Assembly (NCBI GenBank): GCA_947305705.1
Contig: CAMZEB010000003.1
Span: 2,599 to 66,598 of the forward strand
Length of the DNA: 64,000 bases
Source: an uncultured Candidatus Saccharibacteria bacterium
GTDB lineage: Bacteria > Patescibacteriota > Saccharimonadia > Saccharimonadales > Saccharimonadaceae
Direction of reading: 5' to 3'
Under the pieces are notes generated by a model. That model had not been told where the DNA came from. It saw only the letters and a list, made by a program, of their open reading frames with translations, and did no database searches. Numbering within the stretch: the first letter of the stretch is position 1; each line of letters starts with the position of its first letter. This document shows positions 51,899 to 60,374 of this stretch, piece after piece. The translations under genes and the position numbers were made by a program.

Positions 51899-52651
51899 TT
51901 ATTTGGTTTTTCTGCGAGCTTTAGCTTTTTTGAGTGGCTCATATTTGCTAGTTCGATAAAAATTCTGAAGTTCATTAAAGGCCTTGTCGTAGTGAGTTTT
52001 AAAATTTGGAAATGCGCGCAAAATACGGACTTGCTGGTGCGTGAAAATACGGCGGCGCTTATCGTTGATAGTTTGGATGAATTTGCGGCCATTTCGCTCA
52101 AAGAATTGTGCTACGCGACCTTTCTTGAGGACTGCTTGGTATTCGCGGAGAACCTTGTTGAAGTAGGCAAAGCTTTTATTGGTCGAAATGACGTCTAGTA
52201 TGAAGATTATGGCGAAAATGATTGCCAATATGTTGCTGAATGGAATTGCGCGAATTATGCCGAGCGTAAACGGATGAATGAATCGAATTGCGACTGATGC
52301 AGCGCCGAAGCCAAGAAAGCCATACAGACAAATTCGCCCGTTAATATTTAGTGGCCAATTGCTATAGTCCCACCAGCGAGCTTTGAACAGCTTTTCCATA
52401 GTGAATGAGGTGATATATTCTAGCACACAAGCAATCGCGCCACCGATGAAGAACAGGTAAACCGGATTATCAATAAATTGGCCGAAAAATAGGAAAAGTA
52501 GTGCGCCGAAGCCGTAAATTGGGCAGTATGGACCGTTCAAGAAGCCGCGATTAACGAATCGATGTTCGTTTACGAGTGAAATGAGGTCTTCCCATAGCCA
52601 GCCGCAGAAGCTGTAGGCCAGGAATGATAGTATTATCTCGTAGATTGTCAT
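51899..52651 (-). CDS. CmpB-like putative ABC-transporter type IV membrane protein (PF06541-like)
   Basis: FCGWLWE...GFLNGPYCPIYGFG motif and 6 TM helices. Confidence 0.5.
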   Translation of the reverse strand: MTIYEIILSFLAYSFCGWLWEDLISLVNEHRFVNRGFLNGPYCPIYGFGALLFLFFGQFIDNPVYLFFIGGAIACVLEYITSFTMEKLFKARWWDYSNWPLNINGRICLYGFLGFGAASVAIRFIHPFTLGIIRAIPFSNILAIIFAIIFILDVISTNKSFAYFNKVLREYQAVLKKGRVAQFFERNGRKFIQTINDKRRRIFTHQQVRILRAFPNFKTHYDKAFNELQNFYRTSKYEPLKKAKARRKTK

Positions 52652-53142
52652 TTTTTGAGCTCCTTGACTGCTTTATGATATAGCGGTTTGGAAAATGTTT
52701 CCTTGACGGCGCAGACCTTGTCGGCAATGCAGAGGATGACAGCTTCGCGGTAACGTGGCGGACGAATATTTAGCGGAAACATATGGCGTGCGATCATATT
52801 TGCTTCGCGTGGGTTGATAGAAAAATCATCGGCGGCGTTTTTGAGCGCCGTGCTCGCGTGGCGATAGCCATGAAGACGTCCGTCGTGGTGATGCCAGTCA
52901 TAATTAAAGTAATCGTGAAGAAGTGCACCGCGAACAAGCGTAAAGTAGTCGTAATTTAGGTGCGTAAATTTTGCTAGGCGAACACAGAGACAAGTCACAC
53001 TAATCGAGTGGTCCATTACGCTCGCTTTGCCGTGCTGAATATTTTTGTCACTTTCGCGGAATTTTTTTGAGCTCAAAATATCGGCGCCGTAGTAGCCAAC
53101 GGTATCCTGAATCTCTTTGATTCGTTCCGCTTTTTTACGCAT
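52648..53142 (-). CDS. HD-domain phosphohydrolase
   Basis: H...HD metal motif (LLHDYFNYDWHHH). 4-nt overlap with the downstream membrane protein. Confidence 0.6.
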   Translation of the reverse strand: MRKKAERIKEIQDTVGYYGADILSSKKFRESDKNIQHGKASVMDHSISVTCLCVRLAKFTHLNYDYFTLVRGALLHDYFNYDWHHHDGRLHGYRHASTALKNAADDFSINPREANMIARHMFPLNIRPPRYREAVILCIADKVCAVKETFSKPLYHKAVKELKK

Positions 53143-54168
53143 TTATTTGATGAGCCCCACCGCTTTTTGGACTTTGGCTAATTTTGCGTTCGCGACGCGA
53201 TTGGCATATTCTTCGCCTTTTGCAAGGACCTGCTCAACCTGCTCGTCGGTAATATTTGCGACTTTTTCTTGGAAATCTGCAAGGAAATGTTCAACCGTGT
53301 CGGCAACTTTGCGCTTAAGGTCACCATAGCTAGTCTGGCCCGCCCAATCTGCAATCACGTCTTGAATATTGCGGTCGGTCAAAAGCGCCTCAATTGTCAG
53401 CAAATTGCTGATGCCTGGCTGGTTTATCATATCGAAACGAATTACGCCTTCGCTGTCGGTCGTCGCAGACATAATCTTTTTTGCGGCTGCTTTCGGATCG
53501 TCACTAAGGCTAATCTTCGTTTTTTCGTTTTCGCTCGACTTGCTCATCTTCTTGCTAGGGTCGACGAGATTGCGAATACGGAGCCCGTGTTCGAGATGCA
53601 TAAATTTGACCTGTTCTTTTTCTGGCGCAGGAATCGTAAATAGATCTTCGCCAAATTTGTTGTTTAGGCGCGTCGCAATGTCTCGCGTGAGTTCAAGATG
53701 CTGGAATTGATCTTCGCCTAGCGGGATGTATTTTGCGTCATATAGCAAAATATCTGCGGCCATAAGAATCGGATAGTTAAATAGGCCAACTGTGATCGCG
53801 TCGGCGTGCTCCTCAGATTTCTCTTTGAACTGCGTCATACGGCTAGCTTCGCCGAAATATGTGAAACAATCGAGAATCCAGGCGAGCTCACTATGCGCTG
53901 GCACGTGGCTTTGGCGATAGATATGAATATTTGGGTTGTTCGCGTCAAGACCTGCGGCAATGTAGTATTTGATGCCTTTAATTACTTGCGCATATAGCTT
54001 ACTGTGGTCGATCGGTGTCGTGAAACTGTGGAGATCCGGCACGAACATATTGATATTGCTATTGGCGGAATGTTCGTTTGCGAGATTAACCATAGATTTA
54101 TAGGCGCCCAAAAAGTTGCCAATGGTCGGTTCTTCGTTTGCTCGCACCCCCGTTAGAATTGTTTGCAT
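53143..54168 (-). CDS. trpS: tryptophanyl-tRNA synthetase
   Basis: TIGNFLGA (TrpRS form of HIGH), KMSKS, and GEDQ.QH motifs. Confidence 0.9.
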   Translation of the reverse strand: MQTILTGVRANEEPTIGNFLGAYKSMVNLANEHSANSNINMFVPDLHSFTTPIDHSKLYAQVIKGIKYYIAAGLDANNPNIHIYRQSHVPAHSELAWILDCFTYFGEASRMTQFKEKSEEHADAITVGLFNYPILMAADILLYDAKYIPLGEDQFQHLELTRDIATRLNNKFGEDLFTIPAPEKEQVKFMHLEHGLRIRNLVDPSKKMSKSSENEKTKISLSDDPKAAAKKIMSATTDSEGVIRFDMINQPGISNLLTIEALLTDRNIQDVIADWAGQTSYGDLKRKVADTVEHFLADFQEKVANITDEQVEQVLAKGEEYANRVANAKLAKVQKAVGLIK

Positions 54169-54302
54169 AAGATTTAAACTATCCTTTCATTATATCACAA
54201 ATTTAACTAAATGTCAATATCAGCAAGGCCAGTGCGGTATAAATGCGGATATATTTGTCATAAAGCTATTATAGCATAAGGCGTTTTTGCTATTGAAACG
54301 CT

Positions 54303-54944
54303 TTACCATTTTATTTCACTGCCGCAATTCGGGCAATACTTCATCGTCTTATCGACTTGTTTACTGCAATTATTGCAAATTATTCGAACTGTTGCTTCTT
54401 GACTTGGGCCCGCTTCTGTTTTCTTGGAATTTTTCCTAAACCAGTACGCAGCACTCTTTGATTTTGTAAAGTAAATACTAAGCATTAAATATATAGCAAA
54501 GATAACGGCATATATAATCGCCACTCCAGCATACGACCCGCTAATTATTGTGTAGTAATCGTCACCTTTCGAAGAAAATATTATTGCGATTATTATTTCA
54601 AAAATTACCGCCATCAAAGACAAAGTTGTTATTATTATATGGCTGACAATCATATATATTTTTCCTTTTCGACAAATCGATAAGATTAGACAGGTTATCA
54701 GGTGAATTAAATATATGACATATGTTGTGATAAGCATCGGCTTCAGCCATTCATATGCTTTTTCTTTTATGCTCGTGGCTTCCATCATTATCGCTCCGAG
54801 CGCAATGTAAGCTGCTATAAATATCGATATTTCCCACATCACTATGGATGCTGGCGTTTTTCGTTTCTTCTCTGCATTTCCTTGCGAAATATTTCGCACT
54901 TTTTTCGGCTTTTTGTTTTTATAAATGACAGATGACTCGTCCAT
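54303..54944 (-). CDS. polytopic membrane protein with C-terminal zinc-ribbon
   Basis: Start revised to MDESS because the listed N-terminus runs through the tRNA-Ala gene. C-terminal CNNC...CPNC. Confidence 0.55.
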   Translation of the reverse strand: MDESSVIYKNKKPKKVRNISQGNAEKKRKTPASIVMWEISIFIAAYIALGAIMMEATSIKEKAYEWLKPMLITTYVIYLIHLITCLILSICRKGKIYMIVSHIIITTLSLMAVIFEIIIAIIFSSKGDDYYTIISGSYAGVAIIYAVIFAIYLMLSIYFTKSKSAAYWFRKNSKKTEAGPSQEATVRIICNNCSKQVDKTMKYCPNCGSEIKW

Positions 54945-54994
54945 ATTTTTATTATCCTTATACTTTTTATTATACAAGAAAAAGGCATAAAAAA

Positions 54995-55070
54995 TGGTGG
55001 AGCACAGGAGATTCGAACTCCTCACCTCTTCTATGCCATAGAAGCGCTCTACCAAATGAGCTAGTGCCCC
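54995..55070 (-). tRNA. tRNA-Ala (anticodon GGC), CCA encoded
   Basis: Reverse complement ggggcactagctcatttggtagagc..., anticodon loop atGGCat, G3:U70 pair. Confidence 0.85.
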
Positions 55071-55080
55071 AACTTCTTTT

Positions 55081-55089
55081 ATTTTAGCA
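55081..55089 (-). promoter_or_regulatory. extended -10 (TGCTAAAAT) 10 nt upstream of the tRNA-Ala(GGC) 5' end
   Basis: attttagca on the plus strand. Confidence 0.45.
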
Positions 55090-55125
55090 TATTTGGCGCC
55101 TATTTTCTAGTCGCCATAATACTCA

Positions 55126-55134
55126 TGTTATAAT
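55126..55134 (+). promoter_or_regulatory. extended -10 (TGTTATAAT) for the small ORF and downstream gene
   Basis: Sequence match. The SD-led ORF starts 25 nt downstream. Confidence 0.45.
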
Positions 55135-55158
55135 GAATTTATAAATAGTGGAGGTAAT

Positions 55159-55248
55159 ATGCTCAAGGCGCTATTTTGGGTGGCAGTGGGGATATTATTT
55201 ATCGATTATTTGCTCGTGAAGGGCGGTAGTCGCCAAAATGAAGAATAA
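55159..55248 (+). CDS. candidate 29-aa single-TM peptide (not in the ORF track)
   Basis: SD GGAGG 6 nt upstream of the ATG. Translation MLKALFWVAVGILFIDYLLVKGGSRQNEE. Confidence 0.35.
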   Translation: MLKALFWVAVGILFIDYLLVKGGSRQNEE

Positions 55249-55261
55249 CAAGGAGGTACAC

Positions 55262-56161
55262 ATGGGAGAAACAAGTGTTTTAGACCAAAATAAACCTAAT
55301 AAGCAAGAGGCGTCGACTGCTGTTGCTGCAGAGCCAAAAAGTGAGCAATCTGTTCTATCGCAACCATCTAGTCCGTCCGCTCCAAAAAAGCCTATCACGT
55401 TTTACAAAAAAGCATGGTTCTGGCTAATTATTATATTTATCTTACTCGGTATCGGCGGCTTAGTTACTTTTCTCGTAATTCAATCAAATATTACTGCCGA
55501 AGCGATTGAAAACTACGATAAATATGCCAAATCTGCTAATACAAATGCCAATGAGTTTGATTCAGCTTTCCGCAGGCTTTATTCTTATTCTAATCTTGCG
55601 GGTTATTACGAAGAATCAAACCCACGCTCTGTAAAGATGCGTAATGAATGTCTTGGCAAATATGATGTATCTGAGGAGGATTTCAAGGCCGCTAAGGATA
55701 TGAAATACCTCAATGGCGAGACGGCAGTTGAGGAGTTGGGTTCCGGCGATGCACATAAGCTATCCGATAAGTATAAGGATGTTTCCGAGAAACTAAAGGA
55801 TACGAGCGGTAACATCGAATCAAAGTGTAAAGAATTACTTGAGAAGGCTCTTACCTCGAGTGTAGAAATTAATGTTAGTGATTACAAAGTTTCTGAGGGA
55901 TCCTATTCCAACTCCGCAACATTTAAAGTAACTATAAAGAATATTGGCGACTCTAAGCATAAATATTATTTCCGTGTTTATGCTCTGAAGAATGCTGATG
56001 ACGACACTGACGATAATATGGATTACGATTATTTCTATACTAACGAACTAGCCCCTGGCGAGAGCCAGACGCTAAATGGCGATTTCTACTTCTATTCTTC
56101 TGATAGAGATTACCGTGAATCCGCGACCCTTAAGGTCGGCGATTTGCAAGAAGAGAGCTAA
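55262..56161 (+). CDS. membrane-anchored extracytoplasmic protein with C-terminal Ig-like (DUF4352-like) domain
   Basis: Start set at the ATG at 55262 (SD AAGGAGG 6 nt upstream). One TM helix. TFKVTIKNIGDSKHKYYF beta-sandwich-like segment. Confidence 0.5.
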   Translation: MGETSVLDQNKPNKQEASTAVAAEPKSEQSVLSQPSSPSAPKKPITFYKKAWFWLIIIFILLGIGGLVTFLVIQSNITAEAIENYDKYAKSANTNANEFDSAFRRLYSYSNLAGYYEESNPRSVKMRNECLGKYDVSEEDFKAAKDMKYLNGETAVEELGSGDAHKLSDKYKDVSEKLKDTSGNIESKCKELLEKALTSSVEINVSDYKVSEGSYSNSATFKVTIKNIGDSKHKYYFRVYALKNADDDTDDNMDYDYFYTNELAPGESQTLNGDFYFYSSDRDYRESATLKVGDLQEES

Positions 56162-56174
56162 TCCTTCTAGCCAT

Positions 56175-56209
56175 AAAAATATCTCCCCGTTTCGAGGAGA
56201 TATTTTTTG
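56175..56209. terminator. bidirectional terminator (ends the ribosomal operon and the convergent gene)
   Basis: atatctcc/ggagatat stem flanked by an A-run and a T-run. Confidence 0.7.
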
Positions 56210-56224
56210 TTCTGATTGAGCGAA

Positions 56225-56629
56225 TTAACGCTTCGAGAACTGTTCGCGTTTGCGGGCGCTGCGGAGACCGTAGTGCTTGCGTTCTTTTTCGCGAGGGTCG
56301 CGCTTCATTAGGCCGGCTTTCTTGAGCACTGGGCGGAATTCTGGGAATTCGAGCACGAGTGCACGAGAGATAGCGAGCTTTATAGCGTCAACCTGGCCGG
56401 CAGTACCACCACCTTTTACGATGATAGTAATGTCATACTCTTTTTGCTTCTGCGTAAGAGCGAGCGGATCAGTGATTTCGGCCATAAGAGTCTTGTTTCC
56501 GCTAAGGAAGTCAAGAGCTGGTTTGCCATTAATCGTGATGTCGCCTTTTCCTTTGTAGAGGCGTGCGGTTGCGGTTGCAGCTTTGCGGCTACCGTTACCG
56601 TAGGTGTATTTTGAATTCTTAGCTGGCAT
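56225..56629 (-). CDS. rpsI: 30S ribosomal protein S9
   Basis: S9 sequence with C-terminal ...RKREQFSKR. Confidence 0.95.
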   Translation of the reverse strand: MPAKNSKYTYGNGSRKAATATARLYKGKGDITINGKPALDFLSGNKTLMAEITDPLALTQKQKEYDITIIVKGGGTAGQVDAIKLAISRALVLEFPEFRPVLKKAGLMKRDPREKERKHYGLRSARKREQFSKR

Positions 56630-57054
56630 TATTTAATCTCCTTTGGCTGTTGTGCCATATGAGTATGCTCTGCGCCTTCAAAGACACGTAGGCGGGCCAA
56701 ACGGTCTGCTGCCAATTTGTTCTTTGGCATCATTCCCTTGACTGCCTGCTCGATAGCGAGACTTGGGTCTTTTTCGATGATTTCGGCGAGAGTAAGATCA
56801 GTTAGGCCACCTGGGAAACCGGAATGACGATAATAATGCTTGTCAGTCATCTTGTCGCCAGTAACTTTGAGGTTCTTGGCGTTAATAACTACAACGTAGT
56901 CACCGTTATCGGTATGTGGCGTATAAGTAACCTTTGACTTACCCATAAGCTTGTCGGCAATTACGACAGCGAGTTTGCCAAGTGGCATAACGCTAGCGTC
57001 GATAATCCACCATTCGCGCTTAATCTCGGAGGTTTTCTGACTATAAGTCTTCAT
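56629..57054 (-). CDS. rplM: 50S ribosomal protein L13
   Basis: L13 sequence (REWWIIDA..., YYRHSGFPGG). Confidence 0.95.
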   Translation of the reverse strand: MKTYSQKTSEIKREWWIIDASVMPLGKLAVVIADKLMGKSKVTYTPHTDNGDYVVVINAKNLKVTGDKMTDKHYYRHSGFPGGLTDLTLAEIIEKDPSLAIEQAVKGMMPKNKLAADRLARLRVFEGAEHTHMAQQPKEIK

Positions 57055-57446
57055 TATTTATCCTCCTTTTTGGCTTCAGCGGTATCCTTAATTTCGTCAA
57101 CGAAGGAAATTACTGCCATTTCAGCATTATCGCCGCGGCGGAAGCCGGCATGCTCAATGCGAAGGAAGCCGCTATCGCGCTTAATCTGTGGAGCGATCTT
57201 ATCTACGAGAATATTACCCATAGTCTGATCGTCTAGACGTGCGATAACGAGGCGGCGGCTAGCGAGATCGCCTTTCTTTGCAAGAGAAATCAACTTCTCT
57301 GCTGGGCGGCGAATTTCTTTTGCTTTAGCCAAAGTAGTAGTAATAGATTTATATTTAAACAAGGAGCGCATCAGACCGCGTGTTAGTGCAGTGCGTTGGT
57401 CGGCTTCGCGACCGAACTTGCGCCCTTTATATCCATGGCGATGCAT
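57054..57446 (-). CDS. rplQ: 50S ribosomal protein L17
   Basis: MHRHGYKGRKFGR... L17 pattern. Confidence 0.95.
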   Translation of the reverse strand: MHRHGYKGRKFGREADQRTALTRGLMRSLFKYKSITTTLAKAKEIRRPAEKLISLAKKGDLASRRLVIARLDDQTMGNILVDKIAPQIKRDSGFLRIEHAGFRRGDNAEMAVISFVDEIKDTAEAKKEDK

Positions 57447-58370
57447 TTAGACTTTTAACTCCGTAAGTTTTTCGCGAACTTCATCGAGAGCTTTTGCGCC
57501 GAAGCCCTTTAGCTCTTTGAGATCGCTTTCTGATAATACGACGAGATCGCGAACGGTATGAATGTCATTGTTTAGCAATGCATTTGCGGTGCGTGCGCTG
57601 AGGCCGAGCTCCTCAATAGGAAGCATAAGACCAGATTCGTCTTCGGTAGCAGCTGCGCTTGGAGCTGGTGCGGATTCAACCGTAGTGCTGCCAGCGAGTG
57701 CTTTGTATTGGTTAACTAAGATAGCAGCAGCTTCTTCGAAAGCTTCACGTGGGGTAATCGTACCGTCGGTGTCAATCGTAAGGGTGAGCTGTTGTAGGTT
57801 TGTATCTTGACCAACACGAGTGTTTTCTGCGTTGTAGCGAACGCGGAGAACTGGGGTAAAGACAGCGTCTAGGGCGATCATGTCATTGTGAACACGCTCT
57901 GCGCTAGATTGTTCAATACTTAGGTAACCGCGACCAGTGTCGACGACCATATCCATCTTGAGGGTGAATTTTGGATCATCGATGTTGCAGATAACTTGCT
58001 GTGGGTTTGAAATTTCGACCTCAGCTGGGAGTTTGATGTCACCAGCGAGAACCGTACCGGTTCCCTTCTTTTCAAGGTGAATTTCTACAGGTGCGTCGGA
58101 ATGAGATTTGACGTGAATGTTCTTAAGGTTGAGCATAATGTCAACTGTATCTTCGACGATACCTGGAACGGCGCTAAACTCATGAGTGGTGCCTTCAATG
58201 CGGAAAGCAGTGATGGCGGCGCCTTTAATGCTAGAGAGAAGCACACGACGTAGTGAATTACCAAGAGTGTTACCATAGCCATAATAGAGAGGCTTAATAA
58301 CAAAGCTTGCGCTGTTTTCACCAAGATCCTTGATTTCTGCTAGCTCTGCTTCGTGAATTACTTTTGTCAT
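57447..58370 (-). CDS. rpoA: DNA-directed RNA polymerase alpha subunit
   Basis: NTD (GNSLRRVLLSSI) and CTD HhH (LGLSARTANALLNNDI). Confidence 0.95.
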   Translation of the reverse strand: MTKVIHEAELAEIKDLGENSASFVIKPLYYGYGNTLGNSLRRVLLSSIKGAAITAFRIEGTTHEFSAVPGIVEDTVDIMLNLKNIHVKSHSDAPVEIHLEKKGTGTVLAGDIKLPAEVEISNPQQVICNIDDPKFTLKMDMVVDTGRGYLSIEQSSAERVHNDMIALDAVFTPVLRVRYNAENTRVGQDTNLQQLTLTIDTDGTITPREAFEEAAAILVNQYKALAGSTTVESAPAPSAAATEDESGLMLPIEELGLSARTANALLNNDIHTVRDLVVLSESDLKELKGFGAKALDEVREKLTELKV

Positions 58371-58381
58371 ACTTCTCCTTT

Positions 58382-58999
58382 TTAGCGCGAGTAATACTCG
58401 ACGATTAATTGTTCGTTGATGCCCACCTCTGCTTCTTCACGCTTCGGTGTTCCAGTGATTTCAATCTTCATTTTCTTGACGTCTGCCTTCATCCAAGATA
58501 GAGGTGCCTGGCTAGCAGCACCGGCGACGTTTGCTAAGTTTACGAAATAACTGTTCTTCTTTGACTTTGGACGAACTTCAAGAACGTCACCTGCAGATAG
58601 GCGGATTGATGGAATATCAACACGCTTACCATTGAGGGTGAAGTGTCCGTGTGAAACTAGCTGACGCGCAGCGCGGCGAGTAGTCGCAAAACCTGCGCGG
58701 TAGACCACGTTATCAGCGCGGCGTTCGAGATATTCTAGAAGTTTCTCGCCAGTCATACCTTCGGCAGTCTGCGCTTCACGCATGAGTTTGGCGAATTGTT
58801 TTTCGAGTAGGCCGTAAATGCGGCGAACTTTCTGCTTTTCACGGAGCTGAGTCAAGTAAAGACTGCCACCGCGAACGCGCATGTCGGCGTGCTGACCAGG
58901 AATACCGGTCTTCTTTGCCATGATTTTCTGCGCTTTTGGAGCAAGTGCATAACCTTCACGGCGAGATTGTTTACCAATTGGTTGAATATCACGTGCCAT
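58382..58999 (-). CDS. rpsD: 30S ribosomal protein S4
   Basis: S4 pattern (RRADNVVYRAGFATTRRAARQLVSHGH). Confidence 0.95.
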   Translation of the reverse strand: MARDIQPIGKQSRREGYALAPKAQKIMAKKTGIPGQHADMRVRGGSLYLTQLREKQKVRRIYGLLEKQFAKLMREAQTAEGMTGEKLLEYLERRADNVVYRAGFATTRRAARQLVSHGHFTLNGKRVDIPSIRLSAGDVLEVRPKSKKNSYFVNLANVAGAASQAPLSWMKADVKKMKIEITGTPKREEAEVGINEQLIVEYYSR

Positions 59000-59445
59000 T
59001 ACGGTTTCCTTTCTCCTTTAGGACGGCAACCACCGTGTGGAACAGGGGTTACGTCGGTAATACTATTGATGGAAATACCCATCGTACTGAAGGCGCGAAT
59101 TGCGCTGTCGCGGCCAAGGCCAATGCCTTTGACGTAGACATCTACGCTACTCATGCCGTGATCGCGCTTGGCGATTTCAGCAACTTTTTCTGCAGCAATC
59201 TGAGCTGCATATGCGGTGCCTTTCTTGGAACCGCGGAAGCCGTTAGCGCCAGCGGATGACGCAGCGATGATGCTGCCAGTTTTGTCGCTTACGCTAACGA
59301 TTGTGTTGTTAAATGTAGCCTGAATATGCACTTCGCCGGCCTGGACAATGCGTTTGCCTTTTTTGCCACGCTTTGCAGCGGCTTTTGGTGCTTCAGCTGC
59401 TTGCTCCACTTCAGGAGCAGTTTTGACTGTTGTATCTTCTGCCAT
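58999..59445 (-). CDS. rpsK: 30S ribosomal protein S11 (Ala/Lys-rich N-terminal extension)
   Basis: S11 core (HIQATFNNTIVSVSD..., GSKKGTAYAAQ). Confidence 0.95.
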   Translation of the reverse strand: MAEDTTVKTAPEVEQAAEAPKAAAKRGKKGKRIVQAGEVHIQATFNNTIVSVSDKTGSIIAASSAGANGFRGSKKGTAYAAQIAAEKVAEIAKRDHGMSSVDVYVKGIGLGRDSAIRAFSTMGISINSITDVTPVPHGGCRPKGERKP

Positions 59446-59454
59446 AATTTACTC

Positions 59455-59841
59455 CTAAGTTTTACTTGCTGCTTTTGGCTGTGCGCCGCCAACTGCAATT
59501 GCTTTACCTTTGCGAGTGCGCGCATTCGTGCGGGTGCGCTGACCGTTGACCGGTAGGCCTGCTTTGTGACGGAGCCCTTTGTAGGAATTGATATCCTTAA
59601 TGCGTTTAATATTGTTAGTCACGAGACGTTTGAGGTCACCTTCAACGGAATATTTACTAGAAATAATATCGTTAAGTTTTTGCTCATCAGCCTCGGTGAG
59701 ATCTTTCACCCGAGTGGTAGGCTCAATTTTAGCCTCCGCAAGGATGGCTTTGCTTGTGGTGCGACCAATACCGTAAACGGAAGTAAGTGCAATCCACACT
59801 TGCTTGTCGCTAGGAATCGTAACACCGGCGATTCTTGCCAT
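59455..59841 (-). CDS. rpsM: 30S ribosomal protein S13
   Basis: MARIAGV.IP... S13 pattern. Confidence 0.95.
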   Translation of the reverse strand: MARIAGVTIPSDKQVWIALTSVYGIGRTTSKAILAEAKIEPTTRVKDLTEADEQKLNDIISSKYSVEGDLKRLVTNNIKRIKDINSYKGLRHKAGLPVNGQRTRTNARTRKGKAIAVGGAQPKAASKT

Positions 59842-59843
59842 GC

Positions 59844-59960
59844 TTAACCCTGCCTTTGTTTATTCTTAGGTTTTTTCTTGTTAATGACACGTAGAACACC
59901 TTTGCGGCGAACAATGATGTCATCAGGGCTAATTTTCTTTACACTAGCACGAACTTTCAT
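59844..59960 (-). CDS. rpmJ: 50S ribosomal protein L36, cysteine-free (C-minus) form, not in the ORF track
   Basis: Hand translation [38 protein letters not shown], in the canonical infA-rpmJ-rpsM position. Confidence 0.85.
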   Translation of the reverse strand: MKVRASVKKISPDDIIVRRKGVLRVINKKKPKNKQRQG

Positions 59961-60047
59961 GTAAGTGAAAATTACCTTTCTGAAAACACTAAAATCGCAA
60001 ATATCGCAAAAATATATTTGAGATTTTTGTTGCGTTTTCGGTTAAAT

Positions 60048-60329
60048 TTAATCTTTTTGGCGGTAGCTGATTCTGCCCTTCGTTAGATCGTAAGGAGTCA
60101 ACTCAACATCCACCTTATCCCCTGGGACCAGTCTGATATAGTTCTTGCGCATTTTACCAGACATATGGCCTATAATAATATGGCCGTTTTCAAGTTCGAT
60201 ACGAAATTTGGTTCCAGGAAGAGCCTCAACAACCTTACCGGTAAGTTTGATAACTTCCTTCCGGTTATTTTGGACTGCCGAAGAATCGGCCTTCCTATCG
60301 ACCTTGTTCGATCTTTTTTGACTAGCCAT
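60048..60329 (-). CDS. infA: translation initiation factor IF-1 with a basic N-terminal extension of about 20 aa
   Basis: S1-fold core [20 protein letters not shown]...[16 protein letters not shown]. Confidence 0.9.
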   Translation of the reverse strand: MASQKRSNKVDRKADSSAVQNNRKEVIKLTGKVVEALPGTKFRIELENGHIIIGHMSGKMRKNYIRLVPGDKVDVELTPYDLTKGRISYRQKD

Positions 60330-60374
60330 AAATTACAAGTTTGATTGTAGCAGATTTTGTAAGAAAAGTAAAGA

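Noticed and set aside
54945-55055. The listed N-terminal extension of ORF 54303..55055 (TTG start).
   Set aside because: The extension is the antisense reading of tRNA-Ala(GGC). An ATG at 54944 with a -10 element 6 nt upstream fits better.
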